From Candidatus Heimdallarchaeota archaeon B3_Heim (lineage in GTDB: Archaea > Asgardarchaeota > Heimdallarchaeia > Hodarchaeales > Hodarchaeaceae): a DNA stretch of 6,587 bases. Positions 6,108 through 6,587 of this stretch are shown piece after piece; positions within the stretch are counted from its first letter, which is position 1, and each line of letters starts with the position of its first letter. The notes under the pieces were generated by a model. It was given only the letters and a program-made list of their open reading frames with translations, was not told where the DNA came from and did not search any database. A program made the position numbers and the translations under genes. The DNA is taken from NCBI GenBank assembly GCA_003144275.1, contig NJBF01000092.1, forward strand, positions 1-6,587. The letters run 5' to 3'.

Positions 6108-6587
6108 ATGAGTGAGAATATACCTTCAGGACCTAGCCCTCCTGAGACAATTTATGTACGAATAGAGATTCCATTGGGTTCAAAAGTCAAATATGAATTT
6201 AATAAAGAATTCAATGCAATATTTGTTGATAGAATTCTTCATTCTTCTGTAGTTTACCCCACTACTTATGGGTATATTCCACAAACCCTTTGTGATGATG
6301 GAGATCCAATTGATGTGCTTGTTGTCCATAGTGCGGGAATTGAATTCATCCCAGGATGTATAGTGCCAGCACGACCTGTTGCTGTATCAAAAATGAGAGA
6401 TAAAAAAGGAAAGGATGATAAGATCGTAGCAATTCCAGTCGATGATCCTCGTATGGAAGAAGTACAATCTTTGGAGTCAATCCCTAAGCATCTACTGAAA
6501 GAAATTGAAGAGTTTTTTGATACTTACAAGCATCTAGAACTGGGTAAAACTACGTCCATAGTTGGTTGGGATAATAAATCTAAAGCT
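6108..6587 (+). CDS. ppa: Family I soluble inorganic pyrophosphatase (3'-partial, runs off the window)
   Basis: Manual translation, 160 codons with no stop: MSENIPSGPSPPETIYVRIEIPLGSKVKYEFNKEFNAIFVDRILHSSVVYPTTYGYIPQTLCDDGDPIDVLVV...MRDKKGKDDKIVAIP...EIEEFFDTYKHLE. It has the DxDPxD signature and conserved E20, K28, E30, R42, Y54, D98, D103, K105, Y140, K141. It is absent from the ORF track, presumably because the stop lies outside the window. Confidence 0.97.
   Translation, partial: MSENIPSGPSPPETIYVRIEIPLGSKVKYEFNKEFNAIFVDRILHSSVVYPTTYGYIPQTLCDDGDPIDVLVVHSAGIEFIPGCIVPARPVAVSKMRDKKGKDDKIVAIPVDDPRMEEVQSLESIPKHLLKEIEEFFDTYKHLELGKTTSIVGWDNKSKA

Noticed and set aside
6071-6115. Two tiny upstream ORFs before ppa (MGSGTW*, MRFEDE*)
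   Set aside because: They are six codons each, expected by chance, and the second merely overlaps the ppa SD and start.
1-6587. CRISPR arrays, tRNA/rRNA genes, transposases, integrases, long direct repeats
   Set aside because: None were seen by eye. Coding regions fill most of the window and the spacers show no regular repeat-spacer pattern or cloverleaf.

Overview
AT-rich, gene-dense prokaryotic window. It is probably archaeal: there are GAGGTGA/GAGGT ribosome-binding sites and TATA-like boxes about 30 nt before starts. An Asgard/Heimdallarchaeia-like origin is an impression only and is unverified. In order, it holds: a stand-alone B3/B4 (PheRS-beta editing-like) protein (+); an unannotated split, internally shortened DUF6125/ATC-hydrolase-like remnant (-); a fold-type III PLP enzyme with a D-serine-dehydratase-type His-x-Cys metal site (-); a divergent M32 carboxypeptidase (+); a co-oriented minus-strand trio of a small acidic ribbon-helix-helix-like protein, an ICMT/PEMT-family membrane methyltransferase and a ~7-TM protein ending in a HisKA/DHp-like hairpin with no kinase ATPase domain; and a family I inorganic pyrophosphatase (+) that runs off the right edge and is missing from the ORF track. 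I saw no rRNA, tRNA, CRISPR array or mobile element. The best candidate for an undescribed system is the kinase-less 7TM-DHp receptor and its neighbours, but functional linkage among them is inference. All family calls come from motif recognition, not database searches.
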